A model generated the notes under the pieces. The model was not told the origin of the DNA. It ran no database searches and was given only the letters and a program-made list of their open reading frames with translations. Both the position numbers and the translations under genes were made by a program. A stretch of DNA of 60,542 nt, taken from Candidatus Kaiserbacteria bacterium RIFCSPHIGHO2_01_FULL_53_31. GTDB taxonomy: Bacteria > Patescibacteriota > Minisyncoccia > Phycocordibacterales > Phycocordibacteraceae. Location: positions 21,999 to 82,540 of the forward strand of contig MFKU01000006.1 in assembly GCA_001781095.1 (NCBI GenBank), given 5' to 3'. Below are positions 25,973 to 35,046 of this stretch, piece by piece (position 1 is the stretch's first letter; every line of letters starts with the position of its first letter).

Positions 25973-27631
25973 ATGGCGAAAGATGGTCACAAATACATAT
26001 TCGTCCTCGGCGGGGTGATGAGCGGCGTCGGCAAGGGTGTGGTCACGAGTTCGGTCGGACTCCTTCTCCAGCAGAAAGGGTATCCCGTGAATCTCGTGAA
26101 GATCGATCCCTATCTGAACGTCGATGCGGGGACGATGAACCCGACAGAGCATGGCGAAGTGTTCGTGCTCCGGAGCGGGATGGAGACCGATCAGGATATG
26201 GGGAATTATGAACGGTTTCTCAATCGCGATCTCACGAACGCCGATTACATGACGAGCGGCATGGTGTACCAGTCGGTTATTGAGCGCGAGCGCTCGCTCG
26301 GCTACGGCGGGAAATGCGTCGAAGCCATCCCGCACGTGCGCGATGAGATCCTGCGAAGAATCGAAGAAGCGGCGACGTACAACGGCAGCCGCGTCTCGGT
26401 CATCGAGATCGGCGGCACGATTGGCGATTTCCAGAACGCGCTCTTTATCGAGGCAGCACGCATATTGAAGATGAAATATCCCGATGATGTGCTCTTCGTG
26501 ATGGTGTCGTACCTGCCGACGCCGGGCACGCTCGGCGAGATGAAGACGAAGCCGACCCAGACCGCCGTGCGCGATCTGAACTCCTACGGCGTCCAGCCGG
26601 ATTTCATCATTGCGCGCTCAAAGGAGCCGGTGGACGAGAAACGCAAAGAGAAGATCGCGATCTGGTGCAATGTGCGTAAGGATCGCATCATTTCCGCTCC
26701 CGATATCTCGAGCATCTACGAGGCGCCGCTCAACTTCGAGAAGGACAAGCTCGGCGATGCGATGCTCGATGCGCTCAAACTGCCCGAGAAGAAGAAAGCC
26801 TCACTTGCTGCGTGGAAGAAGTTCGCACTGGCGGCGGTCGACACGAAGGCACCGGAAGTGTCGATCGCCATCGTGGGGAAATATTTTGATACGGGCGACT
26901 TCATGCTTTCTGATGCGTATCTCTCGGTCATTGAGGCGATTAAATTCTCCGCGGCGAAGCTCGGGCGCCGGCCCAAGATCACGTGGATAAATTCGAAACA
27001 AATTGAGAAGGGTGGGGCAAAAGCGATTGCGGAGCTCAAAAAGTATCAAGGCATCATCGTCCCGGGCGGCTTCGGTGAGAGCGGCATCGAGGGGAAGATT
27101 AAGACCATACAATATGCGCGCGAGCATAAAATCCCGTATTTCGGCCTCTGTTACGGCATGCAGCTCATGGTGATCGAGTACGCGCGCAATGTGCTAGGGC
27201 TCAGGAACGCGCACACGACTGAGATCCAGAAGAATTCAGAAGATCCGGTGGTCGATGTCATGTTCGAGCAAAAGAAGCACCTCGCTGACAATAAATACGG
27301 CGGCACGATGCGCCTCGGAGCGTATCCGGCGTACCTCAAGAAGGGCACGATGGCGCGCGGGGCGTATAAGAAAGAATTGGTAGAGGAGCGCCACCGCCAT
27401 CGCTACGAGATTAATCCGTCTTATATCAAACAGCTCGAGGCCGCCGGACTCGTCTTCTCGGGTACGTCGCCCGACGGAATCTTGATGGAGATCGCCGAGC
27501 TCCCGCGGAAAGTGCACCCCTTCATGCTCGGCACGCAGTTCCACCCGGAGCTGCAAGCGCGTCCACTCGACCCGCACCCTCTCTTCACCGAATTTCTCAA
27601 AGCCGCGATTGCTCAGAAGAAAAAGAGATAA
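25973..27631 (+). CDS. pyrG: CTP synthase
   Basis: KYIFVLGGVMSGVGKG, ...KTKPTQ..., glutaminase domain GLCYGMQ and HRHRYE. Confidence 0.95.
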   Translation: MAKDGHKYIFVLGGVMSGVGKGVVTSSVGLLLQQKGYPVNLVKIDPYLNVDAGTMNPTEHGEVFVLRSGMETDQDMGNYERFLNRDLTNADYMTSGMVYQSVIERERSLGYGGKCVEAIPHVRDEILRRIEEAATYNGSRVSVIEIGGTIGDFQNALFIEAARILKMKYPDDVLFVMVSYLPTPGTLGEMKTKPTQTAVRDLNSYGVQPDFIIARSKEPVDEKRKEKIAIWCNVRKDRIISAPDISSIYEAPLNFEKDKLGDAMLDALKLPEKKKASLAAWKKFALAAVDTKAPEVSIAIVGKYFDTGDFMLSDAYLSVIEAIKFSAAKLGRRPKITWINSKQIEKGGAKAIAELKKYQGIIVPGGFGESGIEGKIKTIQYAREHKIPYFGLCYGMQLMVIEYARNVLGLRNAHTTEIQKNSEDPVVDVMFEQKKHLADNKYGGTMRLGAYPAYLKKGTMARGAYKKELVEERHRHRYEINPSYIKQLEAAGLVFSGTSPDGILMEIAELPRKVHPFMLGTQFHPELQARPLDPHPLFTEFLKAAIAQKKKR

Positions 27632-27633
27632 CT

Positions 27634-28173
27634 ATGGCGGTCGAAATAGTATTCGAGTCACACGGAACAACGTACGATAACGAAGCGCATTTATCGTCGG
27701 GGTGGAATGACATAGAGCTCTCGCCGCTCGGCATCGAGCAATCGAAGCAGATGGGGGAGCGATATAAAGACGACCACTTTGATGCGATTTTTTGTGCAGA
27801 CTTACAACGTGCATATAAAAGTGCAGAAATCGGTTTTGGCGACAAATGGCCAGTCATCAAAGATTCTCGTTTACGAGAGTGTGACTATGGGGATCTAACT
27901 CAAAGTCCAAGCGAGATTGTCGACAAAGAAAAGCCGCAGCACATCAATATTCCTTTCCCAAATGGGGAGAGTTATACGCAAACGACCGCTCGAATGAAAG
28001 ACTTTCTTGAAGAGTTATTGAAAAAATATGATGGTAAACGAGTGATGATTATCGGGAGCCGCGCTACTCAGTTCGGCCTCGAAAATCTCATTAACCATGT
28101 GCCACTTGAACAGCTCACTTCCGCACCTTTTAAGTGGCAACCGGGCTGGTCGTATTCACTCGTGTCAATTTAG
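27634..28173 (+). CDS. histidine phosphatase (phosphoglycerate mutase-like) family protein
   Basis: ESHGTTYDNEAH...LSPLGIEQSKQMG and overall family layout. The first catalytic motif reads SHG rather than RHG. Confidence 0.7.
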   Translation: MAVEIVFESHGTTYDNEAHLSSGWNDIELSPLGIEQSKQMGERYKDDHFDAIFCADLQRAYKSAEIGFGDKWPVIKDSRLRECDYGDLTQSPSEIVDKEKPQHINIPFPNGESYTQTTARMKDFLEELLKKYDGKRVMIIGSRATQFGLENLINHVPLEQLTSAPFKWQPGWSYSLVSI

Positions 28174-28184
28174 ATTGGGAAGAT

Positions 28185-28205
28185 TGTGGAGATCAGACCT
28201 CCACA
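28185..28205 (+). repeat. REP-like hairpin (left copy)
   Basis: TGTGGAG-ATCAGAC-CTCCACA; the shared 24-nt consensus TTGTGGAGNTCAGANCTCCACAGA also occurs at 28927-28950. Confidence 0.7.
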
Positions 28206-28225
28206 GAAGCTGATATAATGGTTAC

Positions 28226-28924
28226 ATGCGAAAAGAACCATATGGTGTCGGATCGTTTGTACACGTCATTAAACGCGGCACACGTGGGGCTTCAATTGTT
28301 CGTGATAATGCTGACAAGAATCGCTTTCTATTAATGCTTGCACATTTCAATGACGAGTATCAGCCCGCAAACTGGTTCAGGGACGTTTCTGATTCAAGGC
28401 TCAAAATATTCGATCGACCTGAAACATGGCCCGAGCAGAAGAAGCTCGTCAATATTATTGCATTTTGTCTTCTGAACAATCATTTTCATTTATTACTCGA
28501 AGAGATTCGGGATGGAGGTATATCGAAATTCATGCAACGAGTAGGCATCGGTATGTCATATCGTTTTAATTTAAAATACAAAGAGCGCGGATCGATATTT
28601 GAAAGCGCGTTCCGCTCGAAGACCATTGATAGTGACGATTATTTGCGGCATGTAATCGCATACATACAGTTAAAAAATACTCTCGACATGTACAAGGGGA
28701 AAGTTGAAGGAAAAGATAATTTTGAAAAGGCATTCACATGGGCTTGCCAATATGAGTTTTCAAGTCTCGGAGATCACGTGGGTGCAATTTCTCGGCCAAT
28801 TGTTGAGAGTTCATTTTTGAATGATCTATTCTCACCAAAAGAGTTCAAGGAATTTGGTAGGGATTTTATGGAAAATCGTATTTCGAGGGAAGACAAAGAC
28901 AACGATATTGTTCGTTTTGAGTAG
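28226..28924 (+). CDS. IS200-like / REP-associated tyrosine (HUH-Y1) transposase
   Basis: HUH motif NNHFHLLLEE and Tyr motif VIAYIQLKN; 232 aa. TATAAT lies 6 nt before the ATG. Confidence 0.75.
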   Translation: MRKEPYGVGSFVHVIKRGTRGASIVRDNADKNRFLLMLAHFNDEYQPANWFRDVSDSRLKIFDRPETWPEQKKLVNIIAFCLLNNHFHLLLEEIRDGGISKFMQRVGIGMSYRFNLKYKERGSIFESAFRSKTIDSDDYLRHVIAYIQLKNTLDMYKGKVEGKDNFEKAFTWACQYEFSSLGDHVGAISRPIVESSFLNDLFSPKEFKEFGRDFMENRISREDKDNDIVRFE

Positions 28925-28927
28925 CGT

Positions 28928-28948
28928 TGTGGAGGTCAGATCTCCACA
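28928..28948 (+). repeat. REP-like hairpin (right copy)
   Basis: TGTGGAG-GTCAGAT-CTCCACA, 4 nt after the transposase stop, same orientation as the left copy. Confidence 0.7.
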
Positions 28949-28974
28949 GATAGACCTCATAGATTTGCTGCAAA

Positions 28975-29751
28975 TTATTGGCGGAGGCCGAGGCCTGTGC
29001 GAATGAAGTACCAGTTAGCGCCAAGAAGGACGAGCATGAGGCCGAGGAGCACTGCGACGCACGTGAGCGGTGAAACGTCGCTCGTGCCGAGGAATCCGTA
29101 ACGGAATCCATTGATGATATAGAAAATTGGATTAAAAAGCGAGACGGTCTGCCATGATGGCGGCAGCGATTTGATCGAATAGAAGACACCGCCCAAATAG
29201 ACGAACGGCGTGAGTACGAACGTAGGAACGATAGAGATCCCGTCAAAGTTCTTGGCGTAAATACCGTTAATAAGTCCCGCGAGCGCGAAGACAAGGCTCG
29301 AGAGGATGAGGAAGAGGATCGCGACGAGCGGATGTGCGATAGAAGGGAGCGCGAAAAATAACGATACGAGCAGGACAAGTATGCCTACTGCCGTACCGCG
29401 CACTACGCCGCTAAGAATGTAGCCAGAAATTATAATGAGTGACGGCGTGGGTGAGACAAGGATCTCATCGATATTACGCGAGAAGAATTTGGAGACGAAA
29501 AAGGTCGTGGCGACGTCCATGTATGCATTCGTGATGACGGCGAGCATCACGAGACCGGGCACGACGAATAGGATATAGGGGACGCCATTAAAATTGCCAA
29601 TGCGTGAACCTAGAATATTGCCAAACACTGCGAAGTAGAGCACTGAGGTGACGATAGAAGGGAGCAGCGTCTGCGGCCAGATGCGCAGAATGCGCACGAC
29701 CCCTTTGCGAAGAATCGTGTAGAGTGCGACGAGTTGTTTATCGAAAGACAT
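28975..29751 (-). CDS. ABC-2 type transporter permease
   Basis: 258 aa, six TM helices, ABC-2 layout; immediately downstream of the ATPase gene. Confidence 0.8.
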   Translation of the reverse strand: MSFDKQLVALYTILRKGVVRILRIWPQTLLPSIVTSVLYFAVFGNILGSRIGNFNGVPYILFVVPGLVMLAVITNAYMDVATTFFVSKFFSRNIDEILVSPTPSLIIISGYILSGVVRGTAVGILVLLVSLFFALPSIAHPLVAILFLILSSLVFALAGLINGIYAKNFDGISIVPTFVLTPFVYLGGVFYSIKSLPPSWQTVSLFNPIFYIINGFRYGFLGTSDVSPLTCVAVLLGLMLVLLGANWYFIRTGLGLRQ

Positions 29752-29752
29752 A

Positions 29753-30523
29753 TCAGGAATTGTTACTCGTCAACTTGATAAATATCTCCTCGAGTTTTCC
29801 GCCGCTATAGCCACCTGCCCCGAGCGACGTCGAGGGGTCGTGGAGCGCAAGAATCTCCTCCATGGTGCCATTCGCAACAATCTCTCCTTTGTTGATGATG
29901 GCGACATGCTTTGCGAGGCGCTCGGCCTCTTCGAGATAGTGCGTCGTGAGCAGAATAGTGATGCCGCCCTTCGTGAGTGTGGTGAGGTACTCCCACATGC
30001 TTCGGCGAAGCTCAACGTCAACGCCGGCCGTAGGCTCATCAAGAACCAGAAACTTTGGTTCGTGGATGAGTGCACGGGCGATCATGAGACGGCGCTTCAT
30101 CCCGCCCGAGAGTTTGAATCCTATCTGATCGAACTTATCACCGAGACCAAGATCATTGAGGAGCTTCTCTGCGCGTGGGATAGCAATCCTGCGTTGGATG
30201 CCATAATAGCCCGCCTGATTCACGAGAATGTCGCGCGGCTTCATAAAAGGATCGAAATTTATCTCTTGTCCGCAGAGCCCGATCATCGACCGCGTGCGTT
30301 CGGGCTCCTCATCGGTGTCGATACCAAAGACACTGACCGTTCCGCTCGTCTTCGTGACGAGGCCCGTGACGATGCCGATGATGGTCGTCTTGCCCGCGCC
30401 GTTCGGGCCAAGGAGCGCGAAAAAGTCCCCCGCGGGTACCGTGAGCGAGACGCCCTTGAGCGCCTCTGGGCCGTCGGCATATTTCTTTTTGAGGTCAGTT
30501 ATCAATAGGGCATCTTGAGCCAT
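29753..30523 (-). CDS. ABC transporter ATP-binding protein
   Basis: Walker A GPNGAGKTT, LSGGMKRR, Walker B LVLDEPTAGVD; start set at MAQDALLITDL. Confidence 0.9.
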   Translation of the reverse strand: MAQDALLITDLKKKYADGPEALKGVSLTVPAGDFFALLGPNGAGKTTIIGIVTGLVTKTSGTVSVFGIDTDEEPERTRSMIGLCGQEINFDPFMKPRDILVNQAGYYGIQRRIAIPRAEKLLNDLGLGDKFDQIGFKLSGGMKRRLMIARALIHEPKFLVLDEPTAGVDVELRRSMWEYLTTLTKGGITILLTTHYLEEAERLAKHVAIINKGEIVANGTMEEILALHDPSTSLGAGGYSGGKLEEIFIKLTSNNS

Positions 30524-30590
30524 AGAGTGAAGAATCCAGTATAGCAAAGGAGGTTGAATAAACAGTGATTTTCAAGTATCTTCACTGTAT

Positions 30591-30661
30591 TGCCGGCTCG
30601 TCTAATGGTAGGACACATCCCTCTGGAGGATGGTATTGGGGTTCGAGTCCCTGGCCGGCAG
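30591..30661 (+). tRNA. tRNA-Gln (CTG)
   Basis: U1-A72 acceptor TGCCGGC/GCCGGCA, anticodon stem CATCC/GGATG with loop CTCTGGA, T-loop TTCGAGT. Confidence 0.85.
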
Positions 30662-30688
30662 CTCGTAAGGTTGAGGTACTATAGAGCC

Positions 30689-31318
30689 ATGAAATTACTC
30701 AAGGAGATTAATTCTATTGAAGTAAAAAGGGCTTTTGTTATTGCTGATCATATTACGCAAAGAAAAAATCTCGGTAACAATCATAAGTTCCTAAAAGATC
30801 TCCCTGAAAAAGCATTTGATAAAAAATTACAGAGCGCGAAGAAAGCCATTTTTAAATTGAAGCCAGCGTCATTAGACAAATTAGTTACTCCCAAGTGGCC
30901 CAAAAGAATTAAAGCGTATAACGAAAGCAGGTGGTTCTTGGCGGAGGCGAGCCCCAAAGAGTTGGGAGTTTGGAGTAAAGCAGGTAGATTGCCCTTAGAG
31001 TGGACACGTGGATCGCTTCTTGAAACCGCGAAGAAAGTCAAAGAGGGTCTTGAGAAAAAATCCAAATTAATCAAAGACAGGCCTCGGCACAGCATCCCAA
31101 ATATTTTAAAGATAAAGGCGCATCTCGACCAAAAGGAGAAATATTTATTCCCGATTGTGTTTAAAACGGACACGGGAACTCGAGGAAGAAAGAGATTGAA
31201 AAGAAAAATGAAAGGAGATATTGACGATGGATGTATGAGATCAATAGCCTTAGCCATAAGCGGGAGGAATCCCATTACTATTTATTTTGGTATTCCGAAG
31301 AAGCGTTTAGCAAAATAG
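30689..31318 (+). CDS. hypothetical Lys-rich protein
   Basis: AT-rich 209-aa ORF starting MKLLKEINSIEV (internal ATG of ORF 30590..31318, whose first part is the tRNA). Confidence 0.5.
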   Translation: MKLLKEINSIEVKRAFVIADHITQRKNLGNNHKFLKDLPEKAFDKKLQSAKKAIFKLKPASLDKLVTPKWPKRIKAYNESRWFLAEASPKELGVWSKAGRLPLEWTRGSLLETAKKVKEGLEKKSKLIKDRPRHSIPNILKIKAHLDQKEKYLFPIVFKTDTGTRGRKRLKRKMKGDIDDGCMRSIALAISGRNPITIYFGIPKKRLAK

Positions 31319-31390
31319 TTCTAACATCGTCTCAGACGACCAGCACTGGGCAGAGGTGTGAGAACACGTATGGCGAGGTGCTGTACTCTT

Positions 31391-31599
31391 ATCAAATGTA
31401 TTTCGTCTACCTTCTCGAGTGCAAAGACGGCTCGCTCTACACAGGCATAACGACCGATGTTGATCGGCGGTTCGTTGACCACAAGAACGGAGTGGGTGGT
31501 AGCTATACCAGATCAAAAGGAGTAAAAAAGGTGGTGTATACCGAGAAGCATCCAGACCGGTCATCAGCGTCAAAGAGAGAAGCAGAAATCAAATCCTGG
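31391..31599 (+). repeat. 209-bp perfect direct repeat, copy 1
   Basis: Identical by eye to 35666-35874; near-identity continues about 20 nt further. Confidence 0.85.
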
Positions 31600-31668
31600 C
31601 GCCGAGAAAAGAAATTGAGATTGATAGGTGCATCTGACCACAGATTAAGACGTATAATAGTTGCGTAG
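31396..31668 (+). CDS. GIY-YIG nuclease family protein (UPF0213-like), copy 1
   Basis: MYFVYLLECKDGSLYTGITTDVDRRFVDHKNG...EAEIKSW is the GIY-YIG signature. Confidence 0.8.
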   Translation: MYFVYLLECKDGSLYTGITTDVDRRFVDHKNGVGGSYTRSKGVKKVVYTEKHPDRSSASKREAEIKSWRREKKLRLIGASDHRLRRIIVA

Positions 31669-31674
31669 CCCTGT

Positions 31675-32064
31675 ATGATTAAAAAAATTGTCGCGACCAT
31701 CTTTCTTCTTTTAGTTGCAGGAGGGATCTATTGGAATTGGCGAGGTGCTCCTCCTTGGGTGCGCATTCCAAATACCGGCATTCTGACGACACAAGGTATG
31801 ATGACTTGTCTACCGCATCGAAGTTTTGAATTGGGTTCAACTATGGAATGTTTATCTGGCTTCAAGGACGACCAAGGACGCTATTTCATGTTGCGAGTCA
31901 CTGACCCGAATTACAAGGATCCTTTGAAATTGCCAGTAAGTGGCCATATCGAGATTGAAGGGATATTTACGCCCATGCCCGATTTTAATGAGAAGTACCT
32001 TTATGTAGGGATACTTGAAGCCACAAAAATCACTAAATTGACTTCAACTAGAACAAGTATCTAA
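31675..32064 (+). CDS. hypothetical membrane-anchored protein
   Basis: 129 aa, N-terminal TM helix, no recognised family. Confidence 0.5.
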   Translation: MIKKIVATIFLLLVAGGIYWNWRGAPPWVRIPNTGILTTQGMMTCLPHRSFELGSTMECLSGFKDDQGRYFMLRVTDPNYKDPLKLPVSGHIEIEGIFTPMPDFNEKYLYVGILEATKITKLTSTRTSI

Positions 32065-32088
32065 GATCCAATTAAAGGCAATTAGCAT

Positions 32089-32610
32089 ATGACCGCTGCT
32101 TTAGAATTCAAACCAATCTCAGATAATCCAGAGCTGGTTAGTGTATCGGTGTTGCAAGCGGTCTTGCCAGACTCGGATATTCTCGTTGCAGAGATTGATC
32201 CACAGTATATGAACGGTCTCGCACTTTCTGAACATTATGGAGTTGCCGCGGATGATGGTGTGAACTGTGTGATTGTGCGAGGAAAGCGTGGAGAGATGAG
32301 GACGACTGCCGCGGTACTCGTACCCGTTGGTTATCGCGCAGACCTGAACGGCATTGTTTGTGAGAAGCTTAATGCGAAGAAAGTGTCGATGGCACCACTC
32401 GAAGATGTCTTACAGGAAACTGGCATGGAGTACGGGAGCATTACTCCGATAGGTCTGCCGAGCACGTGGAAGATATTGATCGATAGTCGATTGATGGAGA
32501 AAGAAAAGGTGATTGTTGGCGGAGGAAAACAGATCTCAAAACTGCTTGTCCCAACAGAGGTGTTTAAAACGTTACCAAATGTTGAGATTATCACTAACCT
32601 TGCAGTATGA
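32089..32610 (+). CDS. YbaK/aminoacyl-tRNA deacylase-like domain protein
   Basis: Pattern ...KKVSMAPLEDVLQETGMEYGSITPIGLP...VIVGGGKQISKL is collinear with YbaK/ProX editing domains. Confidence 0.6.
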   Translation: MTAALEFKPISDNPELVSVSVLQAVLPDSDILVAEIDPQYMNGLALSEHYGVAADDGVNCVIVRGKRGEMRTTAAVLVPVGYRADLNGIVCEKLNAKKVSMAPLEDVLQETGMEYGSITPIGLPSTWKILIDSRLMEKEKVIVGGGKQISKLLVPTEVFKTLPNVEIITNLAV

Positions 32611-33023
32611 AACGACTTTTGATTGTTACGGGGAGCAAGAATGATATACCACTGCTGACAGATACGAAAAAATATCTGAAAAAAGAGAAAATTGGTTTCG
32701 ATGTCAAAGTGATCTCGTGCCATCGAGATATAAAAGGCCTCGTCACTGAATTGGATCCGAAAAGGCTTGCAAAGGAGAATGTTGGCGTCGTGCTCGCGAT
32801 TGCTCACTCAGTCGCGAACTTGCCCGCGATCATTGCTGGATATCTTAAAGAAAGTCCCATTCACGTCATCGGTGTCGGCATTCCAAAGACAGATATTGAT
32901 AAACTCTCGAGTCTATTGTCGGTGATTTCGATTCCAAAAGGTATTCCTTTATTAAATGCTGGTATAGGAGAGGTCGGCCTCCTTAACGCGGTTCTCTGCT
33001 GCGTAAAGATTTTAAGAGCATAA
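32607..33023 (+). CDS. PurE-like (AIR carboxylase fold) protein, divergent
   Basis: GSKND, VISCHRD, AIAHSVANLPAIIAG, VIGVGIP and LLSVISIPKGIPLLNAGIG are collinear with PurE motifs. The start overlaps the upstream stop. Confidence 0.6.
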   Translation: MKRLLIVTGSKNDIPLLTDTKKYLKKEKIGFDVKVISCHRDIKGLVTELDPKRLAKENVGVVLAIAHSVANLPAIIAGYLKESPIHVIGVGIPKTDIDKLSSLLSVISIPKGIPLLNAGIGEVGLLNAVLCCVKILRA

Positions 33024-33245
33024 ACAACTCAAGGATAATGGGGACAGTCACGATTATTTACCACGTCTCGTGTTCCAATGCTTTTCGGTCGCGCGTTGGT
33101 ACTCCACCCTTACCAATCAAATCAAGACACACAATTATCAAAACAATCGTGACCGTCCCCAATTCCCCCTATCTAAATTAGGAAAGGCCTCACGCAACGG
33201 GTGAGCCCTCGTGAGGACACTTTCCCATCGACCGTGAGACCTTGG

Positions 33246-33743
33246 TTACAGGGCTTTCTTTTTCTCAGTTCTGATGATTCGCCACACGGCCCGTTTCCAG
33301 TCCTTGTGGCCGATCAGGATCAAGTACTTCCGTTCTCCGCCGATGTCCTCAGTAGGGCCAATGCACTCATCATCGCCCTCCAGATATGCGTCATGAATCC
33401 AGCTGTATGTCTTGCCGTGATGGCCTGTTCCGTAGTCCGTGTCCATTTCCGTACAAACGGCGACCGGTTTGCCCAGACCTAGAGCGTGGATCACCACGAG
33501 CAGGCCAGATAGCAACACGTCATCCCCCTCATCATGTGCTTCAGGATAGGGACGGAAGTGCAGATCGGTGATGATTGCGTCGGCCGTGCGTATTTCTGGC
33601 AAGAACTCACTGAGCCACTTCGTGCCAGCATGAATACCAACGAACTTGTGACCGGCTGCCTCAACCTCCTTCCTGGCCCGATCCAGCTCTGAGGGTTTGT
33701 CGTCGATACACAATATCCTAAGTACTTTCGAGCCGTTCTTCAT
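33246..33743 (-). CDS. hypothetical protein
   Basis: GAGGAGG 11 nt before ATG 33743; MKNGSKVLRILCIDDKPSELD... has a flavodoxin/receiver-like N-terminus. Opposite strand and higher GC than its neighbours. Confidence 0.5.
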   Translation of the reverse strand: MKNGSKVLRILCIDDKPSELDRARKEVEAAGHKFVGIHAGTKWLSEFLPEIRTADAIITDLHFRPYPEAHDEGDDVLLSGLLVVIHALGLGKPVAVCTEMDTDYGTGHHGKTYSWIHDAYLEGDDECIGPTEDIGGERKYLILIGHKDWKRAVWRIIRTEKKKAL

Positions 33744-33897
33744 TGGTGCCGTAACCTCCTCTGTGTATATATAATGATTTAACTTGTGTGTCAACCGTTT
33801 TCTCGGGCGACAGAACTCAAGCAAAAATATGGGTCAGAAAGTTTCCATGTCGTACCACGCGACCAGCCTTTTTTAAAAGAAATGATACAGTTCTCGT

Positions 33898-34500
33898 ATG
33901 GACGCGCCAGAGGCAGTGCTTGAAGAAGTCGGAAGAGACTACGAGAAGACGTTAGTCGTTCCTGAGGTCAAGCCTTCTCCCCAGTGGATGCTCATGCCAG
34001 TGGGGTTAATTGGCTCAGGAAAGACAACTGTCGTGAAGCCGCTTGCCAAGCACTTTGGTCTTATTCGAGTCTCGACAGACGAAATACGTGAGCAATTAAA
34101 ACAACGCGGCTACACTTACAAAGGTGCTCGGGAGATTGCACACGAGCTGACTAAAAAATATCTCCGGCTTGGTTACAGTATTGCGGTCGACGGCAATACC
34201 GGAAGTATGACAGGTCTTGAGTACAATAAAAAGACCGCAGAGGCATTTCCACACGTACAGCAACTATTTATCCATATCAATCCTCCAGACAAATTTGTCA
34301 TAGATAAACTCAACAAGTATCCTCACACGTGGCTTTATAAAGACGGGTCTCATGCCGTTGATAATTTCCTAACTAATAAAAAGAATTTCACTCTCCCCAA
34401 TCTCTCTTTTGTCTACACCTTTGACACGGCAAAAGAAAACCTACCCAGTCAACTTGATGAAGCAATTAAAACAATTGACGCAGTTCTCAGTTCCAAATAG
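33898..34500 (+). CDS. P-loop kinase-like ATPase
   Basis: Walker A GLIGSGKTT followed by a small kinase-like fold of 200 aa. Confidence 0.6.
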   Translation: MDAPEAVLEEVGRDYEKTLVVPEVKPSPQWMLMPVGLIGSGKTTVVKPLAKHFGLIRVSTDEIREQLKQRGYTYKGAREIAHELTKKYLRLGYSIAVDGNTGSMTGLEYNKKTAEAFPHVQQLFIHINPPDKFVIDKLNKYPHTWLYKDGSHAVDNFLTNKKNFTLPNLSFVYTFDTAKENLPSQLDEAIKTIDAVLSSK

Positions 34501-34549
34501 GGTCCCCTCGTCGTCCCAGAAGGCAACCAAATGAGTTAAACTATTAGAT

Positions 34550-34993
34550 ATGGAAGCACTACGCGAACCGGGGATGATTCATGTTAAGGCGATGTGTGTC
34601 CTCTCGCATAAAGGGAGGATATTGGCAACGGAGGGTTTTGATGATGTAAAGAATGAGAAGTTCTTTCGCCTCATTGGAGGTGGAGTTCATTTCTGTGAGC
34701 TGAGCACAGATGCGCTTAAGCGAGAAATACGAGAAGAATTGAAAACGGAGCTTGAGAATATTTTATTCCTGCACGTTTTCGAGAACGTCTTTATTTATAG
34801 AGGGAATCCTGGCCATGAAATTGTTTTCTTGTATGCAGCTCAAATGGTTCGAAAAGAAATTTATGAAAAAGAAGAGACTCCAATCGCCGACCAACCCTCT
34901 ATAATCGCGAAGTGGGTGCCAATTTCAGACGTACTTTCGGGCGCAAGTAAAATATACCCGGCTGTAGATTATTCGCCGTATCTCAATCTCTAA
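34550..34993 (+). CDS. NUDIX hydrolase
   Basis: Nudix box GGGVHFCELSTDALKREIREELKTEL. Confidence 0.75.
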   Translation: MEALREPGMIHVKAMCVLSHKGRILATEGFDDVKNEKFFRLIGGGVHFCELSTDALKREIREELKTELENILFLHVFENVFIYRGNPGHEIVFLYAAQMVRKEIYEKEETPIADQPSIIAKWVPISDVLSGASKIYPAVDYSPYLNL

Positions 34994-35046
34994 TAGAGGT
35001 TCCCGCGTGCCAGACGATCTGCTCATATACTAATACAATCACAAAA

